Of a stretch of 64,000 nt of DNA, positions 1 to 9,087 are shown piece by piece. The notes below the pieces were generated by a model. The model was not told the origin of the DNA. It made no database searches and saw only the letters and a program-made list of their open reading frames with translations. The stretch covers positions 1 through 64,000 of the IMG/VR virus record IMGVR_UViG_3300018004_000004, one strand, 5' to 3'. The translations under genes and the position numbers were made by a program. How positions within the stretch are numbered: position 1 is the stretch's first letter; the number at the start of each line of letters is the position of its first letter.

Positions 1-1
1 C

Positions 2-187
2 CCTGAGCATCAGAAGGCTATCAAGCGGATATGGTCTGTTGACCGGCGCCGGGTGTTCTTCGAAGAGTGGATGAAGAAAGAGAACAAAGGGCTGAAGAAG
101 CCCTTAGTCAACACGCCAAGCCCTTATGACTTGGCCGGCCTTAAGAAGGAACACGCGAGGCAAAAAGGTAAGAAGCCCCGCGGCTGA
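2..187 (+). CDS. 3' end of a hypothetical protein (truncated by window edge)
   Basis: Open frame from position 2 to TGA at 185-187 (...KEHARQKGKKPRG). Confidence 0.55.
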   Translation, partial: PEHQKAIKRIWSVDRRRVFFEEWMKKENKGLKKPLVNTPSPYDLAGLKKEHARQKGKKPRG

Positions 188-243
188 TTTTTGGTTTTGG
201 CTACCCATTTCCCCTAACCTATAATGGAATGAGAGGATTTTGA

Positions 244-681
244 ATGGCATCGAAGATCGTTAGGCAGGTGGTGCTGCAGTGTATCGACCCGGCGGCCCAC
301 CATAATAAGTACTACGAGATCACAATCCGTCAGGCAGACAGTACCAAGGACAGTCATCGTGTTGACTGTCGCTGGGGCCGGATTGAACACTTCAAAGACG
401 GCAACCCACAGCAGCAGTGGAAGCTTCAAGGAGCCGACTATGATGAAGCAAATGCAGAGCTTGGACGTATCATGTTCTCCAAGCTTAAGAAAGGCTACAA
501 GGTCTTCAAGGACACAGCCAGTGGCCACCAAGCGATTGAGTATCCTGCAAAGGATAAAGTTAAGAAGGGCCCAGTGGCCTTCGAGACTGAGACGAAGTCT
601 TTTGAACGTACTGAGCATGTCGAGATCGCCATCAACTGGTGGAATAATCTTGGCGAAGCGATAGAGGATCGTGCAATATGA
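244..681 (+). CDS. WGR-domain protein; ends in C-terminal tag IEDRAI
   Basis: HNKYYEI...VDCRWGRI...KLKKGY matches WGR domain signature; GAGAGGA SD upstream. Confidence 0.8.
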   Translation: MASKIVRQVVLQCIDPAAHHNKYYEITIRQADSTKDSHRVDCRWGRIEHFKDGNPQQQWKLQGADYDEANAELGRIMFSKLKKGYKVFKDTASGHQAIEYPAKDKVKKGPVAFETETKSFERTEHVEIAINWWNNLGEAIEDRAI

Positions 682-871
682 GATGGAAGCTACCCGAACC
701 TCGGTATGAACCGCCTCATGCAGCTGAGAGACAAAGGGAAGTCTTTGTTTTGCTTCCGCATATAGCTACAGACAGGTATATTTATTGGATGGAGCGGCTC
801 TTGGTTAAAGAAGTGTACAGCCGACCCTTCCATGAGTGGTGTGCTACCGAGTACAGGTCATTGAGGTCCAA

Positions 872-1615
872 ATGAGGATACTAATCATAGAGTGTGGGTC
901 TAGCTTGCTCCCCCTGGCTCTTACGACTGAGGCAGCAAAGCTCTACCCGAAGCCAGAGATTGATACCTTGACGTTGAATCTGAAGTACGTCAAGTTTCCT
1001 GAGCTCAAGCTGGTTTTGAATCAGCAGGCTCCTGATGTGATCATTCTGAATCCGCCGGCCGAGCCAGCAAATGAAGCTGTCTTCGGCCAGCTGATCAAAG
1101 AACTTACTCGCTATAGTTCTATCATGAGCGCCAAGATCATGTTGATGTCTTCAGTGGAGGTATTAGGTGATACGACGCCGCGTTCCGAGGTGGCTATCCC
1201 CTTACCGAACAGCGAGATGGGTACGTTTCTCCGCATGGCAGAGACACGTCTGGAAACTGAAACATCACGCTATTATATATTTAGACTACCTTATACCTTG
1301 GAAAGCCCTCGCGTCAAGGAATGGTTATCCTGGACCGAACCAGCAGAAGATCCTGCCTGGCCTCCGAGACCCGATACTGTAGTAACGTTTGCCAGTATCC
1401 CTGAGGTAGCGCCAATCGTATTGGAGCGCATCCAGTCTGGTTGGTATGGTAAGTATCATGTTACGCCTAATGATTCAGTGTCTATTAGATACTTGATCTC
1501 AGGTGTGACCTTCAGTACGATCGGCAAAGTGACCGACAACTCTCTGGCGAGCAAGTATACCTGGGCGTTGAGCCCGACGCCGTACACTTGGTTCAAGTGG
1601 ACAAAGAAGCCATGA
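872..1615 (+). CDS. Degenerate RmlD/extended-SDR (dTDP-4-dehydrorhamnose reductase-like) protein
   Basis: MRILII start, PDVIILN, KIMLMSSVEVLG, P-x-P-x-S, YYIFRL, GKYHV follow RmlD order, but GxxGxxG and YxxxK are missing; start set at ATG 872. Confidence 0.55.
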   Translation: MRILIIECGSSLLPLALTTEAAKLYPKPEIDTLTLNLKYVKFPELKLVLNQQAPDVIILNPPAEPANEAVFGQLIKELTRYSSIMSAKIMLMSSVEVLGDTTPRSEVAIPLPNSEMGTFLRMAETRLETETSRYYIFRLPYTLESPRVKEWLSWTEPAEDPAWPPRPDTVVTFASIPEVAPIVLERIQSGWYGKYHVTPNDSVSIRYLISGVTFSTIGKVTDNSLASKYTWALSPTPYTWFKWTKKP

Positions 1616-1872
1616 GAACTGTTGTCTCTAACTTTGCGACTGGCACCCAGAAGTTCACCTCTGGAAGAGGAGATGCTTCCTTCATGATTACACACGGCGT
1701 TATCGTTTACACCGTGGATATCTATGGGAATGTTCTCTCTCCTGTTGGGGCTACATTGGATTACGATCACTCGGATACAATGCAAGGCCTTCAGAGTGGA
1801 GTCATTGGAAGAGTAAAGGACTTCTTGACCGTCGATCCTTCAATGGATTCGCCGGCCTCGAAGTTGTGGTGA
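1612..1872 (+). CDS. Hypothetical protein
   Basis: ATGA-coupled ORF. Confidence 0.6.
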   Translation: MRTVVSNFATGTQKFTSGRGDASFMITHGVIVYTVDIYGNVLSPVGATLDYDHSDTMQGLQSGVIGRVKDFLTVDPSMDSPASKLW

Positions 1873-1875
1873 TCT

Positions 1876-2178
1876 ATGGACCCACATTCGTTTGAAGCTT
1901 CAGCAACTGATGCTGATCGCTGTAAGTTCTGCGATGATTTCAGGAGTGCAGATCAACATCAGGCGTGGCCTCCGCGTGGCTATGTAGATTGCCGCAATGA
2001 ACGCGCTGTGTTTGTATTTGACCAGTGTAAGTGTGGTCAGCAGTATACGATGAATATTATGATTCCTCATCAGTGTCCTGACTGCAATCGCAAATGGCTC
2101 TACCCACCAGACGGAGTTAAGCCGGTGCCCCTATGGCAACAAGCGTGGTCGTTCCTGCAGTCACTGTGGAAGAAGTAA
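1876..2178 (+). CDS. Cys-rich (zinc-ribbon) hypothetical protein
   Basis: CKFC, CKC, CPDC motifs. Confidence 0.6.
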   Translation: MDPHSFEASATDADRCKFCDDFRSADQHQAWPPRGYVDCRNERAVFVFDQCKCGQQYTMNIMIPHQCPDCNRKWLYPPDGVKPVPLWQQAWSFLQSLWKK

Positions 2179-2361
2179 CCTTTCGTCCGCCTGCTCCTGA
2201 GCCCGGCGCTGAGTGGAAAGGAATAGCAGAGAAGTGTTATGCTTGCAAGGGCCCTAACGGGGTCTACGCTAAGCATGTAGACGGTAAATGGAGACCCTAC
2301 TGTTGGACGTGCATCAAGCCGCCCCTCACCGAGGTTGAAATCAGAGTAGTCAAGAGGAAAG

Positions 2362-2838
2362 ATGACAACATATCTGACAGTACAGTTCAGCCCACCCGAG
2401 TTGAACTGGCTCCAGTGGATGCTCCAGCAACTGAACGAAGAGAAGTGGCCGGGAAGCCGGGACGTAAAACAGATGGGCCAGCAAGAGCATCTGTGGTTCC
2501 AAGACTTCCTAAACAAAGTAAGGCAGTGCATCATGAACCCGCGCGGAAGCGTGGTGTTCACCGACAAAGCGCAGCTTGATTTTATCAAGAACATCTTTAT
2601 CATGTTCAAGAACAACGCCGGTGAATATATCTTCACTGGTGTGTGGGGGAACAACGTCCGTATAGGACAGTTTCCTACTGGCACTGGCTCCGCCAACCAG
2701 AACTTCACAGCACAGGGTGAGTTCCCCGAGGAACAGTTCCTTAGGGGAGCAGACATCTTCAATAACATCCTGCACAAGTTGGGTACTGTTATCTACCCGC
2801 CATACGATCAGGTCTATCATGATGCAGGATCAACGTAA
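2362..2838 (+). CDS. Hypothetical protein, double-repeat family member 1
   Basis: VQFSPPELNWLQ / VVFTDKAQLDFIK repeats; GAGG SD. Confidence 0.7.
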   Translation: MTTYLTVQFSPPELNWLQWMLQQLNEEKWPGSRDVKQMGQQEHLWFQDFLNKVRQCIMNPRGSVVFTDKAQLDFIKNIFIMFKNNAGEYIFTGVWGNNVRIGQFPTGTGSANQNFTAQGEFPEEQFLRGADIFNNILHKLGTVIYPPYDQVYHDAGST

Positions 2839-2986
2839 TGAATCCAGACGGCTGTAGGATAATCAACCTCAGAAGAGTTCTTAGCAGTGTCTGGGTCTTC
2901 TGTTGGGTACGTGCTGTTCCTGAACAATACTTGAGTCGTATGGTTAATCGGCGCCACTTTTGGTATAGCCGTAATGGGAGGGACTA

Positions 2987-3418
2987 ATGTCAGCCCCTTA
3001 TGAATCCGTTGTATTTATCCCTGCGGAAGCGCAGTTCGTTCAGAACACAATGTTCCAGTTCTCGCAGAACCAGGCCGTGGCAAACAACACGGATGCTGGT
3101 GGTGCTACACCTATTACGCAGGCCGAGCGGCTTAAAGCGCTTGACATAGTAGGTAAGGTACGCAAGCAGATCACTGATCCAACGCACGCTCCTATTGCAT
3201 TCACCGAAGCTGAAGCTCAGCTGATGCAACGTCTCTATGTACAATACATTCAGGTCCATGGTAAACCACAAGGTGATCTGGACTGGACGTATTGGGTTCA
3301 TTTTGATGACAGCTCTAGGCAGCTAGTTATCAATGTGATCAGGAAGGTGGGTGGTTTGATGCCCAATCTTCCGGCAAGTAGTTATCCGCAAGGTTACAAT
3401 CCTTTTGTGAGGTTGTAA
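2987..3418 (+). CDS. Hypothetical protein, double-repeat family member 2
   Basis: VVFIPAEAQFVQ / IAFTEAEAQLMQ repeats; GGAGG SD. Confidence 0.7.
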   Translation: MSAPYESVVFIPAEAQFVQNTMFQFSQNQAVANNTDAGGATPITQAERLKALDIVGKVRKQITDPTHAPIAFTEAEAQLMQRLYVQYIQVHGKPQGDLDWTYWVHFDDSSRQLVINVIRKVGGLMPNLPASSYPQGYNPFVRL

Positions 3419-3807
3419 TGGCAAAGCGTGTGTTGGATTTTCTTGTGCGCTGGCATGACAAGAGAAGGAACTGGAATACATGGAATACAGCACAAGTATG
3501 TGATTACCCTGCCATACGTGATGGTATGATGACGTTGCGCAAGGCACACTACCATGTGATCAGGCGCCCAATAATGATGATCGAGTTCAATGATGATCAT
3601 TATGTGGGTAACCCCACTCGATTCTTGTTCTGTCGGCCTACCGGCTTTACATATCTAGATATTATGGCTTGTGTTTACAAAGCCTACTCCAAGATGTACA
3701 AAGACATAAGGAAGTACGGCATCTGGGGTCATGGTATAGGAGATCTCTTTCTTGAAGGTCTACGAATCAATGGACCCGGAAAGTATGAACTGGTGATCGG
3801 ATCATGA
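3418..3807 (+). CDS. Hypothetical protein
   Basis: Coupled ORF ending YGIWGHGIGDLFLEG...YELVIGS. Confidence 0.7.
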   Translation: MAKRVLDFLVRWHDKRRNWNTWNTAQVCDYPAIRDGMMTLRKAHYHVIRRPIMMIEFNDDHYVGNPTRFLFCRPTGFTYLDIMACVYKAYSKMYKDIRKYGIWGHGIGDLFLEGLRINGPGKYELVIGS

Positions 3808-4199
3808 GCAACTCTTTGACTTTTGATGGCTGGGAGCTGCAGTATTTGCAGAGCACGCTAACGAGGTGGCATGATTACAAAGGACACGGTGCTGGCGGAG
3901 GAACGTTCTCGGATGCGGAGCGACAGCTTGTACTCTCCATCCGCACCAAAGTGCAGGTGGTTGAAGGCTCTTCTGTATCTTTTACAGCCCAAGAGAATAA
4001 CTTTCTCCAGAGTATTCTTTATGAGAGCCGGCAGAACTATGGACGGGGTTCCGGTGGATCCGTTTTCGAAACGGGTGTGCGACAACAGGTACAGCAACGA
4101 GCTGTTTATCTTAATGCAGCTATCCTCGCCAAGCTTCGCGCCAACTTGCCGCCTATTATAGCACCACTCGAGCAGTCAGATCCAGGAGCTATGTCATGA
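3804..4199 (+). CDS. Hypothetical protein, double-repeat family member 3
   Basis: LTFDGWELQYLQ / VSFTAQENNFLQ repeats. Confidence 0.7.
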   Translation: MSNSLTFDGWELQYLQSTLTRWHDYKGHGAGGGTFSDAERQLVLSIRTKVQVVEGSSVSFTAQENNFLQSILYESRQNYGRGSGGSVFETGVRQQVQQRAVYLNAAILAKLRANLPPIIAPLEQSDPGAMS

Positions 4200-4311
4200 T
4201 CAAGTGGTGGTATCGCTTCGCTTGGTCAGGATTCCGCGAACGTTGGGGTGGTCCGTGTATTATAATCCACTCACGTCATTGGTACCGTAAGCACTTTAAG
4301 GGAGCCCATCT

Positions 4312-4743
4312 GTGAGTCTCATTGAAACTACAGGAGATATTTGGACGTATGTCCCAACACATCGGATTGTTATCCCGACGAATACGCTCGGGGTTATGGG
4401 TGCCGGGCTTGCTCTGGCGGCTAAGCAGCGCTACCCGGGTATTCAGGCGGCTTACCAGCATGCGCTCAACTCTCTTCCGGATCCAAGAGTACCCTGGTGG
4501 AGCGACAGTTTTCCCGATCTCGTCCTGGCGCCGACAAAGAGGCACTGGGTAGACGACAGCAGGCCTCAAGATGTGGCTAACGTATTGCTTAAGCTTTCCA
4601 AGATGCAGGGTGGTCCGTTTGCTCTCCCAGAAATGGGCTGCGGTTTGGGACGTCTCACTTGGGGCGTCACGAAAGGATTTTATAAGGTATTCGAGGAAGT
4701 ACCCACGGAGTGGGTGGTCGTTCACCCGTGTAAGAACCGGTAA
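4312..4743 (+). CDS. Macro domain (ADP-ribose binding/hydrolase) protein
   Basis: GDIW, IVIPTN-x-LGVMGAGLA, PTKRHW, ALPEMGCGLG motifs. Confidence 0.88.
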   Translation: MSLIETTGDIWTYVPTHRIVIPTNTLGVMGAGLALAAKQRYPGIQAAYQHALNSLPDPRVPWWSDSFPDLVLAPTKRHWVDDSRPQDVANVLLKLSKMQGGPFALPEMGCGLGRLTWGVTKGFYKVFEEVPTEWVVVHPCKNR

Positions 4744-4765
4744 GCCTTGGTACTGAAAGGAAACC

Positions 4766-5059
4766 ATGCAGAAGAAGACAGTTATTGAGATGGAGTACGG
4801 CGAGCTCGAGAAACTAATCGAGAAGACGTATGGATTCGAAGAGTATTCCATACCAGCCGAAGAAGAGATGGGGAACTACTGTTCCTATACTACCGAGCTG
4901 ACCAAAGACGAAGTGCTCGATGGGTATGACAAGGAAGACCTTGAGAAGATGAAGACCTCCAAGAAGCCTATGCAGTGGCGTACTCACCTCTTGATGCAGG
5001 ATATGTGCAACAATGGTATCCTGGAGCCTGGCGATTACGTAGTCAAGATCTTCTGGTAA
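4766..5059 (+). CDS. Hypothetical acidic protein
   Basis: AAAGGA SD, clean ORF. Confidence 0.75.
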   Translation: MQKKTVIEMEYGELEKLIEKTYGFEEYSIPAEEEMGNYCSYTTELTKDEVLDGYDKEDLEKMKTSKKPMQWRTHLLMQDMCNNGILEPGDYVVKIFW

Positions 5060-5144
5060 CTATGTGGTGGCGCTGGCGGTGTGCTAGGCGGGCCTGGAAG
5101 GGTGGCCCAGGGTTTTGGTCCTGGATTCTACTCGGGAGATACCG

Positions 5145-5480
5145 ATGAGCATCAAGCTGCAGATTGAGGGCTACCTAGGAAAGGATCCCTATGTTCAAAC
5201 GATTGGCAACGTGGAGGTTACAGTACTCTCTGTGGCTTGCCGGCGTGGCGCCTCCCGTCATGCCGATTGGATCACGGCTACTATTTGGAACCCGAGGCTC
5301 CAGAACTTTGTACGATCTACCCTCAAAAAGGGAGATAAGATCCAAGCCTTTGGCGTCTTAGGTAAACTTGGTGTATACTATGATGGTGCTGGCAAAGCAA
5401 AGCCAGGCCTTGATATGTTCATCAATACCATCGGCTTCGTGAACCACACAGAAGAGAGGGCATATGACCCAGGTGCTTAA
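5145..5480 (+). CDS. ssb: Single-stranded DNA-binding protein (OB fold, no acidic tail)
   Basis: IEGYLGKDP, LSVA, ADWITATIW, LKKGDKI motifs; start at ATG 5145 after GGAG. Confidence 0.8.
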   Translation: MSIKLQIEGYLGKDPYVQTIGNVEVTVLSVACRRGASRHADWITATIWNPRLQNFVRSTLKKGDKIQAFGVLGKLGVYYDGAGKAKPGLDMFINTIGFVNHTEERAYDPGA

Positions 5481-5892
5481 GGGCATGTCCCACGTCGTCA
5501 TTCTATTCAATACAGTCGAGAAGCTGAAGAGGACTGGCGTGGCGGCCATGGCAAGTATCTGTTTTGGTGCGGATGATTGCGCGATCACACAGATACTCTA
5601 CAGGATTCCGGAGGGCAACTCAACTCCACGTTGGGTGCTGCCTACACGTTCGAAGGTGCAAGATGGCAAGGTGATTGATACCTATGACATCTTTACAGGT
5701 AAGATTAGCGATGAGCTGTTGTCGTTGGCCGGCCGCGCGGTCGAGCGGCTGAAGCAGCCTGGTGCTGTGCAAGGTAAGGTAGCAGGGAGGACGTTCCGTG
5801 TCACGAAAGTCGGTGTCGAAGAAGTCGTACCCGAAGCCCCGGTTACTACAACCAACGCCACTGTGCCCACGACCAACACAGTCAACACATGA
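5464..5892 (+). CDS. Possible SpoVG-like nucleic-acid-binding protein
   Basis: AMASICFG..CAITQI...WVLPTRSKVQDGKVID..IF pattern resembles SpoVG. Confidence 0.4.
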   Translation: MTQVLKGMSHVVILFNTVEKLKRTGVAAMASICFGADDCAITQILYRIPEGNSTPRWVLPTRSKVQDGKVIDTYDIFTGKISDELLSLAGRAVERLKQPGAVQGKVAGRTFRVTKVGVEEVVPEAPVTTTNATVPTTNTVNT

Positions 5893-6434
5893 GAGCCGTG
5901 TGTATGGGCTTGGTGCAAAGCTACTTTCTTCCTTGGAGGAGAGTAGACTTCCTCGCGACGATGAAAACGTTAAAGGCATTGGGTGGTTTCTGGTCTGTGT
6001 TGGGGAATCGCTTGAGAGAGGATCCCTCCTACGGGCTCGGCAGATTAGATCACAAGGTGATCTTTCCAAAGGTGAAGTGCCCAAGGTCACAAGCCTTGCG
6101 GTAGCGTTTTGTTTAGCTGGCGATGACATGATGAACTGGGGCGCTGCCCTATTCAATCGGAGAAGGAATGAAGACCAAGGAAAGAATCAAGCTCGTTAAG
6201 AAAGCCAAGAAGGAAATCGATGCGCTGAGTAAGAAGCGTGACAAGGTTTTTGATCACCTTCTTCGGAAGCTCGGCATCGATCCTGTTATTGGAGATGATG
6301 AACTCCTGTTCGACTATCTCTACAATAACTGTGGCACTGCTACATCTACCGTGAAAGGCACTGAGTTTCCGAAGTAACACGCGAGTCTGAAAAGCTAGAA
6401 GCCCCTCGGGCAATCTTTCAAAAGAGGAATCGAA

Positions 6435-6695
6435 ATGCCTATCTACGTGTATCACTGCCCTGTTTCCAAGCCAGAGGATGAGAAGCAAGAGGGTCATGAC
6501 TTTGAGCTACTACTCCCGATCTCTACGGGAGATACACCTCAGCCCTGCCCAGGGCATGGTGGTTCGTGCGAGAAGATTCTGTATCCTGGATGCTCTTGGG
6601 TGTGGGGCTACAATGAAATCCACTGGAGTGCTGGTACGAGTGGGAACCTTATGGGTTTGAACCACGCGGCCAGTCCAAAGAAGCTAACCAAGTGA
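6435..6695 (+). CDS. FmdB-like zinc-ribbon protein
   Basis: MPIYVYHC...HDFELL...CP..GG; GAGG SD. Confidence 0.7.
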   Translation: MPIYVYHCPVSKPEDEKQEGHDFELLLPISTGDTPQPCPGHGGSCEKILYPGCSWVWGYNEIHWSAGTSGNLMGLNHAASPKKLTK

Positions 6696-7117
6696 AGCCA
6701 GTCAGTGAGATAGTTAAAGCAGGTGCCTTCATCGTCTTGACTGAAGGAGAGGCTAACAACTTCTGGTTTCTGTGCAAGGGCTATGTGCACCTGATGTACT
6801 TCATTATGAATAGAGGTGGGAACGTTAGAACCCATCTCTATATCTTCAATCCCACCACGAACAAAGACGCTTTCATCAGCACCAACACTCAGAAATCCCT
6901 CAACAAAATGCGTAAGACAGGGTATAATGCTACTAGGAAACAGTTCGCTGACCTAGCTGGGCAGCTTGGTGTGCCCTGGGAGCCTGTGTTCGCTGCTTAC
7001 ATTGAAGCTTATCTGAAACCCAGGCCTAAGTATTCCTGGAATGTCTATCCAGATACGTGGCTTGATAAAGAATGGAGTAAGCTACAGCATGCCGAAGTAC
7101 AGTGTGACAGTGTATGA
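6692..7117 (+). CDS. Hypothetical protein
   Basis: GTGA-coupled ORF. Confidence 0.65.
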   Translation: MKPVSEIVKAGAFIVLTEGEANNFWFLCKGYVHLMYFIMNRGGNVRTHLYIFNPTTNKDAFISTNTQKSLNKMRKTGYNATRKQFADLAGQLGVPWEPVFAAYIEAYLKPRPKYSWNVYPDTWLDKEWSKLQHAEVQCDSV

Positions 7118-7349
7118 AGTTTACCGGATCACGCGGACCGTTGAGGCGGATGATGTTGATGAGGCCAAGCGGGACGCAGAAGACGGTCAGGGAGAAGAAG
7201 TCTGCCGTGTGTACGACGGCAACCTCGAGGCTAGTACTGAAGCGGAGGAAGTTTCCTAGAGGTAAGAACTGGTGTCGACAGATTGTGCATAACTTCTGCC
7301 GGCACATGAGAACAATCTACCCACAGATTAGATATTGGAGGTACGGCTG

Positions 7350-7712
7350 ATGCCAGTCTTCACGTTTAGATGTGAGTGTGGTAATGAGTTCGACAAGATA
7401 GTCCACAACAAACACACCATAAGTAAGTGGTGCAAGCATTGCCAAGCACTAACGGTGTGGGAGGAGATCAAGGATCCACATGACGTCTGCTATCTCGAGA
7501 CCGTCTGTAGCCTCTGTCTTGGGAGTGAACACAAACCTCCTCTCGAGACCCCTTTGGTTGCTGCGCCTGAAGACAATACTGAGGCGGAATGCCCCAGTTG
7601 TGGCAAGATGGCCCCGCACGTCCTAGCTATTGCTACGTACGGTAGCACAGCTACAGGTCCGAACATGTATTGTTCTTCGTTGGGTTTCAGATTCAACTAC
7701 CAGGAGCCATAA
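7350..7712 (+). CDS. FmdB-like zinc-ribbon protein with extra CxxC pairs
   Basis: MPVFTFRCECGNEFD...CKHC...CSLC...CPSCG. Confidence 0.7.
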   Translation: MPVFTFRCECGNEFDKIVHNKHTISKWCKHCQALTVWEEIKDPHDVCYLETVCSLCLGSEHKPPLETPLVAAPEDNTEAECPSCGKMAPHVLAIATYGSTATGPNMYCSSLGFRFNYQEP

Positions 7713-8455
7713 TGGAATACCAAACACCTACCGACAATCTGCCTTCGCAGTCTCTTCAGCCTCAAGTAGGTAAGCTGAAGGTGTATGATTCGACAGTGCC
7801 TGTGGTTACTATTCCCCAGGCAATCGATACTCCTCGTCTGCGGCGCCAGCGCTATTCGAAGAACACTATTCGCCAGTGGCTGGAGAGCATGAGTGATCCC
7901 TATCCGGAACAGTATGTTCCTTTCCATGATGATCACCTGGACTTCGATCACGTCTGTGCCGGCGCCAAGCACCACCATTGGTGGAGAGGTGGCATGGCCG
8001 ACCATGTGAAGGAGATGATTGGGTACAGCCTGGACTTGTTAGACCTCTATCCCGGGGACCTGAAGGACAAGGTTACTAAGGATGAGATCATCCAGGCCTG
8101 CTATCTCCATGACTTCGCCAAGGTCTGGACCTATGAAGAGATCACGGAAGAAGACCGCGAGAAGGATCCCAAGAGGTACCTTGCGCAGCAGGTCTTCCGT
8201 CCTGTCTATGGAGCATTCGACATTGTAGATGAAGAGTCTAAGACTCTGTTGGAGCTGGGGCGCTGGGGTATAGTGCCCAGCGAAGCAGTGTGGTCAGCTG
8301 TGTTGTTTGCCGAAGGTGGCTATGCCGATCGCAACTTCACGATCAATGGCATCTCCAAGACAGGAGACACAGTCATGAAGAGGAATCCTCTGGCTGTGAT
8401 CATCCACATGGCTGATATGTATTCGTCCCAGATCCTGGGCCGGAGCTTGATTTGA
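7712..8455 (+). CDS. HD-domain phosphohydrolase (YhaM-like HD region)
   Basis: AKHHH..GGMADH, YLHDFAK, IIHMADMYSS; start at ATG 7712 after AGGAG. Confidence 0.8.
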   Translation: MEYQTPTDNLPSQSLQPQVGKLKVYDSTVPVVTIPQAIDTPRLRRQRYSKNTIRQWLESMSDPYPEQYVPFHDDHLDFDHVCAGAKHHHWWRGGMADHVKEMIGYSLDLLDLYPGDLKDKVTKDEIIQACYLHDFAKVWTYEEITEEDREKDPKRYLAQQVFRPVYGAFDIVDEESKTLLELGRWGIVPSEAVWSAVLFAEGGYADRNFTINGISKTGDTVMKRNPLAVIIHMADMYSSQILGRSLI

Positions 8456-8914
8456 AACACTGGTCTAGGCTCATCCTAGCTTTATGGTGCAAGCCTAGCC
8501 TCCGTGTCTTCCGGCTGTGTAAGTATCTCCGAGACTCATGGTGGTGGAAAAGTGTTTAGATCGCTGATGCATTTCAGGGATTGGACTCATCCGCCGCGCG
8601 GCAAATGGCGGACATGGATCCCGGGACTGTATAGGTACTATGTTATCCGTGGCAAGAACATGAACATCGGAAGGAGAATCAGATGAGCTGTGAACATTGT
8701 AGGATGTCCTGTCCTCATTGTAATGCAGACATGAGCCCTATGGATCACGGCGTCTGTCCATCATGCAGGAAATATTGCGGATGCTCATTCAGTCCTACGA
8801 GCAGCAACGACTTTTGCAGTCATCACCGGCCGAGGGCTTGGTCAACGAAGTCGAGCCCTGGGAAGCGGAAGTAGATGACATGGAAGATACTAAGTTGCTA
8901 AGGTCACTAGGTTT

Positions 8915-9079
8915 ATGACACCTCCCGTTAGTTGGAACTGGGGTCTTATCCTAGGCTCGGCACAGGTTATCCTGTGCTTCAGTGCTGGTATTGGTTATTG
9001 CTTCGTGAAAGACTGGAAGCATGCTGCTTACTTTGTTCTGGCAGCTGCTATCACAGCAGTAGTTACCTGGTGGTTCTAG
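8915..9079 (+). CDS. Small two-helix membrane protein (not in ORF track)
   Basis: MTPPVSWNWGLILGSAQVILCFSAGIGYCFVKDWKHAAYFVLAAAITAVVTWWF. Confidence 0.55.
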   Translation: MTPPVSWNWGLILGSAQVILCFSAGIGYCFVKDWKHAAYFVLAAAITAVVTWWF

Positions 9080-9087
9080 GAGAGACC

